Assembly: GCA_027604505.1 (NCBI GenBank)
Contig: JADIIX010000051.1
Location: forward strand, 124,001-151,402
DNA: 27,402 nucleotides
Source of the DNA: Gonapodya sp. JEL0774
Lineage: Eukaryota
Direction of reading: 5' to 3'
Shown here: piece after piece, positions 22,540-27,402 of the stretch
Position numbering within the stretch: position 1 is the stretch's first letter
Layout of the letters: every line of letters begins with the position of its first letter
The notes under the pieces: generated by a model
Database searches by the model: none
Told to the model about the DNA's origin: nothing
What the model saw: the letters and a program-made list of their open reading frames with translations, nothing else
Translations under genes and position numbers: made by a program

Positions 22540-24665
22540 ATGACAGAAATCAAAAATGATTCGCGAGACGAAAAGTCAGCGCTTGCGGATGCTCCCATAC
22601 TGGATCGTGGAGAGGAGCGTGAGTGTGTCACTCGCAAACCCGATTTGATTCGGGACAGTGTGTACTTCAAATCCCAATCAAATCAGTAAAGGCCCTCAGA
22701 ACACAAATGGGGAGTATGATGGTGCAGCTCCGAGCGGCATTGTCGACGCTAGACAATCTTATCGCTCAGGAGTCGAACAAATCGCACAGGAAGGAAAGCA
22801 AACCCCAAGTTTCTCGACATTGTGAGATCAATTGGGCTTAGCCTTCTCTATGCTTTGGAAAATAACGAGGTTTTGTCACTGGGAAGTGCTTCCCCATCCA
22901 TCAAGAGTTGAAACCGTGTCTGGCAATCAAACCACGCATCGGCATTCATTTGTTCACCAAAACGACTCGAAGCGACTAGAGCAGCAGGAGGATTTAACCC
23001 CATCCCGCTCTTTACGATCTCTGCGCGTGGCGAATGTCGCATTCGGGAACGATGAGGACACAATCACTCCACCGGCGGAAACACAAGTAGAGAAACATGT
23101 TCCCCGAAAACGAAAAGCTGAAAGACAATCAGCACGCTTTGAGGGAAGAGAGAGTGGGACCGAGGATTATAGTAAGGTGACCGTAGAGTCTGCTGAATGC
23201 TACATCGAGCCGGAGAGTCGTATTCGCACCAAGTAAGTGAACACAGTCGCGTTGATGTGGAGCTCGAAACCCTTGTCTTCATTCTTTCATTTTAAGAAAC
23301 CTACTAAAAACTCCGGAAGAGCTTGGGAGTCTTCTCGCCACTCGCAAGTTTATCCCGATATCCGAACTTCGCACACGGTTTCACCACGGTGACGACTCTT
23401 CGATGGACTGGTACACGATCGGTGTTTTGGGGGAAAGGTCCTCTCCCAAGACCTCCGCAAACAACAAGAAGTACGTCACATTGAAGTTCACGGACTTGGC
23501 CGGGAACTTTGTGAATACATTTCTGTTCGACGGGGCGTTTGAAACCCACTGGAAAGAAGTTGCAGGATCCGTGGTGGTGCTAGCCAACGCAGATGTTGTG
23601 CAACCTACCGAAGTGAGTGTGTGACGCGCGTTTTCTTTCCCACGCTCCCTTTGGACACTTCTCGACTCTCTGTCAGAGACATACCAACATCGGGCTGAGT
23701 ATAAGCAATCCCGACAAGTTTATGAAGTTTGGACATAGCGTGGACCTCACAACCTGCAAGGCCACGAGACGAGATGGTCAAGCCTGTTCGTCCGTACTGG
23801 ATATACGTCAAGGGGACTACTGCGATTACCACGCAGTGTCGGCACTCAAGAACAAAAAAACCAAGAGACAAGAGTTTGCTGTTGCGTGAGTTGCTCTATG
23901 CTGCAAGGTGGAAGTATCCTCGACGTTGAGTCCAACGATGTGTGTAGAGACGCGCCATATCACATCGGACCCCCAAAGCCCCAACGCAAAGTCGAAGCTG
24001 CTGCTGCCGCCCAGCGAGTACCAAAGACTTACCTGTTTCCAGGTGGCTTTTCAATATCCACTCATGATCAACCGAGGGGCCACGAGTCGTCACGAGCAGC
24101 GTTGTTTGAACAACAGCAGAAGGCGACACTAAAGCAAGATTCGTCCCTGTGAGCAATCGTTGAGTAATTGTTGATTGGTTTTCTTCCAATCGCTTCCTCT
24201 CTCTCACAATGTGCGAAGTCGACGGCTCTTGGAACGATCCGACAACTCCCTGGCCCTGGCACACCTGGCCAAGGCAGCGGGAATCGCACCAGGTTCGTCG
24301 GGAACTTGCTTACACCACTTTTGCCACATCAAATACCAAACTTCTTTTCAGTGTGTGTTGGGGGCCCTGACGATCCTCTCATGGACGCAGACACGATCAA
24401 GAAGATTGGTTTCGACCCGTTCGCAGGAGGCAGCCCCACCAAGCCAAGACTACAAGAGCGATCTCCCTCGAAAGACACGAAACCAAAGCTGCAAGAGCGA
24501 TCGCCGTTGAAAGACAAACCCTCTACAAGCCGTGCTCCCGATGACGAACGGGCCCGAAAAACACAACTACGTATGGAGGACTTTGATGATGAACTCGTTA
24601 TTATCGGAATGCCGGAAAGGCGGGAGGTTCAGAATGATTCAGTTTTGACGCGAAGTGAGAAATAG
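22540..24665 (+). CDS. MCM10: DNA replication factor MCM10
   Basis: YIEPESRIR; OB-fold DWYTIGVLGERSSPKTSANNKKYVTLKFTDL...FLFDGAFETHWKEVAGSVVVLAN; CCCH zinc finger CKATRRDGQACSSVLDIRQGDYCDYH; KRQEFA; C-terminal KKIGFDP. The 5' exons (ATG at 22540) are less certain. Confidence 0.9.
24441..24518 (+). repeat. Coding 39-bp tandem duplication in the MCM10 C-terminus
   Basis: aagccaagactacaagagcgatctccctcgaaagacacg / aaaccaaagctgcaagagcgatcgccgttgaaagacaaa, encoding KPRLQERSPSKDT / KPKLQERSPLKDK. Confidence 0.85.
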
Positions 24666-24723
24666 GTATAAACTTCTTCAAGATTTCACGAAATGTTATA
24701 TATAGGATTGCATGTTCCTGTAT

Positions 24724-25081
24724 CTAAAGGTTTTCCACAGGTTTCCCGGTTTTCTTGATGGCATCAAACACAGCTTCCTTTGGAATAGAGGCAGTGACTG
24801 AAATGAGCAGATCCAAAACGTCAGATGGACGACGACGCAACGGATGGAGCTGGAACAGGTGCTCTCACCATTGACCAGCTGCTTCTCCAACGAGATGTCC
24901 ACCTTGGAAACGCCTTCCGTCCGTGTGAGAGCCTTGTTCACAGCGTTGACACATCCATTGCAGCTCATTCCCACTTTGAACGAGTATGATTGCTGGGTCG
25001 GACGATGGCGCAGCAGCGACCGTCAGTTCACCAGCTGTGACCGGAGATCGGGCATGATGCAGACTGTCTCACCTCCGACAT
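24724..25081 (-). CDS. ATX1: Copper chaperone Atx1 (HMA domain), 68 aa
   Basis: Exons 25081-25073, 24992-24869 and 24797-24724 (207 nt) give MSE|QSYSFKVGMSCNGCVNAVNKALTRTEGVSKVDISLEKQLVN|VTASIPKEAVFDAIKKTGKPVENL*. The MxCxxC metal site and KKTGK motif are both present. Confidence 0.95.
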
Positions 25082-25480
25082 TGCGAGTGTCTGTGTCTTG
25101 AAACAGCGGAAGGAAAGTAGCAAAAATGGCGCGATGGTTTCGAGATCGGGAGCTTTGGTCATATGAACCGCTGTGTCGTTGCGGCGCTAACAAGACACAT
25201 CAAACACTACCCGAATCCATAGTAACTGAGGCAAATAAAAAAGTTGGAGCTTCTTAGCGTAGATCTTGCTGCCCTCCGTCACTGACAAAGAACGCCAAAG
25301 CAGTCGAACAGCATTATAACGATAATCACTGAAACAAAATGAAAACTCGTTACAGAATAAGAACGTGTGTCACGTCGGTGTTATTCCTGCGGCCAGGAAA
25401 TGGTCCAGTTGGAGGTTATCCGACTTTCTGACAGAACATCGAATTCTTGTATTGCGCAGACGCTGACTCTCAAACACACG

Positions 25481-27141
25481 ATGACCGAGTGAGTCTCAAA
25501 ACCCTCGATCATTGTTTTTCGGTGCTCCAGAATCTGGCCGGATCTCTGAATGCTTCAATTGCTTGCGCAATCAAAATGTGGCCAATCCCAGTTATCAGAC
25601 ACTCTTGGACTTCGGTTTCCCAGAGGTGCGAGTCAAGAAGGCACTAAAGGCGACTGGAGGGTCTGGCTTGCAGTCGGCACTCGACTGGTGAGTTGAGCTC
25701 CTTGCGTGGGGGAAGTAATTCATTGTTGCAAAGAGTGGCAGCTCCACCTTGATCAACACATTAATCACGGCGTTCCCTGCTATTGCAGGTTAGAGAAACA
25801 CCAGGACGACGCAGGAATCGACGATCCGGAGCCTGAAGCTCCTGCAGGAGGTGCGCTGGGTGGACCAAGTGATGCTCAACCGGATTCAGTGTCGACCGAA
25901 GGTTCGTATGCCCTCATTTCATGCTTGGAAAACACCTCAGCAGCGCTCTCTTACCTCTGGACACTGGAATGCAGATCGTGCCGAAGGCGTCATATCTGCG
26001 TCGGAGCAAACAGCCAATTCACTCAAATGCGAGGAATGCGGGAAACTTCTGCGGGACGCCAGCGCTGCCGAAGTTCACGCGATAAAATCTGGTCACACCT
26101 CGTTTGCTGAGTCGAGTGAGGTCATCAAGCCCTTGAGCCCCGAAGAAAAGGCCAAGAAGGTGGAGGAGTTAAAGGCCCGTCTTGCGGCAAAGCGAGAGGC
26201 GAGACGCCTGCAGGAGATTCAAGATGAGAAAGAGAAGGAAAAAGTGCGTCGTAGGACTGGGCAAGAGCTCACACAAATCAGGGAGAAGACCGCAGAGAAG
26301 GAAATGCAAAAGGCCTTTGAGGTGAGTCACCGTCATTATCAAGCTGATTCGACAATCGTTGGCACTCAAACTTTATCTCCACAAAGGACAAGAAACGTGA
26401 GAAAGAGGAGGAAAAGGTCGCGAAAGCTCGGGTGAAGGCACAGATCGAAGCGGACAAGCGTGACCGTCAGGCCAAGGTGAGTCACGTAGAAGTGTCCTTT
26501 CGCTCCAATTTTACCTTCACACCTCGATTCTTGCAACAGCGGGATGCTGAAAAAGCCGCCGCCGCTGGCGGGCTCGCATCTGCGGACACACCACGACCTT
26601 CCAGCTCCTCCACCGCTCCAAAAGTTGCCGGTACCTACACCGATGCTCGTCTACAGGTACGTTGATAGATTTGTCTGCGGGGTGTGTGACCTGTCTGTCG
26701 TTTGGTCGATAACGCGTCTGTGGGAACTCGTGCTCGCCGGGACCTGTCGACCCCCACCCTCTGTTCTCACACCCGGTTCAGATCCGCACTGCCGATACGC
26801 CACCATTAACGCACACCTTCAAAGCTGACGACACCCTCGAAACCGTGTACGAATACGTCGCCAGCCAACGACCGCCGGGAGGAGCACCGTTCAAACTGTC
26901 CCAGACGTTCCCTCGGAAAGTGCTCGACGGCCCTGACCGGCAAAAAACACTCAAGGAGCTCAGTGAGTTTTTGAAAAGTCGTGTGGGCGTTTTTTTGGCG
27001 GCGCGGCAGCGGAAGGCGGGGCGCTGTGGTCCGCCTCATCATCCCCGTACCCATTCCCCCCCACCTTTCCCCCCCCACACCCCAATACCCTCATGCCCGC
27101 GCGCAGACCTCGTCCCATCTGCTGTTCTAGCACTCACGTAA
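25481..27141 (+). CDS. UBXN1: UBA - C2H2 zinc finger - coiled coil - UBX protein (UBXN1/SAKS1-like Cdc48/p97 adaptor), ~8 exons
   Basis: UBA: YQTLLDFGFPEVRVKKALKATGGSGLQSALDW|LEKHQDD. Zinc finger: LKCEECGKLLRDASAAEVHAIKSGHTSFAES. A charged coiled coil follows. UBX: ARLQ|IR...SQTFPRKV...TLKEL|NLVPSAVL. Stop TAA at 27139-27141. Confidence 0.88.
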
Positions 27142-27402
27142 GCTCGCTCCGAAGGAACAAAATTTTGCCAGAGCATGCATTGTAGAAGGAAAAAAAGAAA
27201 AAAGACAAAATAAAACATGCCAGATACAATGTGTCCGAGTGCGGTTTCACCAGCGCATTCAAACACACGTGGAACCGGGGGTATCCTCTATCGTTATTCG
27301 TGTCCTCACTACCACCACGATCTGCCCAAAGCGCCCGACGTGGGGCGCCAAACCATCACTCCAAAGTCCAAAACCGGTAAAAAGAAAGTATCAGATCCAT
27401 CA

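Noticed and set aside
25122..25132. AAAATGGCGCG (YY1/E2F-like motif) in the ATX1-UBX spacer, with weaker ATGGCG copies near other starts
   Set aside because: Too short and too few instances to distinguish from chance without genome-wide statistics.
6753..27106. Several stop-free introns with length divisible by 3 (ankyrin 108 nt; kinase 99 and 81 nt; importin 66, 72 and 72 nt; GPN3 last intron; UBX 144 nt)
   Set aside because: About 10 of ~80 short introns is roughly what chance gives (one third in frame, times the probability of no stop in 20-40 codons). This is an annotation trap rather than evidence of a system.
1..27402. CRISPR arrays, rRNA, canonical tRNA, transposase/RT genes, TPP riboswitch, biosynthetic or defence gene cluster
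   Set aside because: No repeat-spacer arrays, conserved RNA signatures, terminal repeats with element ORFs, or pathway-coherent enzyme sets were seen. The genes are functionally unrelated housekeeping loci.

Overview
Gene-dense, intron-rich eukaryotic DNA, almost certainly fungal (Chs4/Skt5-type Sel1 protein, Dal5-type MFS). It probably comes from an early-diverging, chytrid-grade lineage; that assignment is inference. The ORF track is misleading because the genes are spliced, so I assembled 12 protein-coding genes by hand. Left to right: tandem coronin-7 (-, runs off the left edge), ATG101 (+), ankyrin-repeat protein (-), ~24-exon ACS-family MFS transporter (+), Ser/Thr kinase with DFN/SPQ variants (+), GPN3 (-), importin-9 (+), LSM12 (+), Skt5/Chs4 with CaaX (+), MCM10 (+), ATX1 (-) and a UBA-C2H2-UBX protein (+). 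I found no rRNA, canonical tRNA, CRISPR array or transposon, and no clear multi-gene novel system; this is mostly a housekeeping neighbourhood. The most unusual signals concern splicing: long introns with G-rich 5' and C-rich 3' ends that can pair, about 20% AAG acceptors, 9-14 nt micro-exons, a hidden GC-AG intron and a 641-nt intron with hairpins. Several proteins also deviate at key motifs: ATG101 lacks the WF-finger Trp, the kinase has DFN/SPQ, and MCM10 has duplicated CDK sites.
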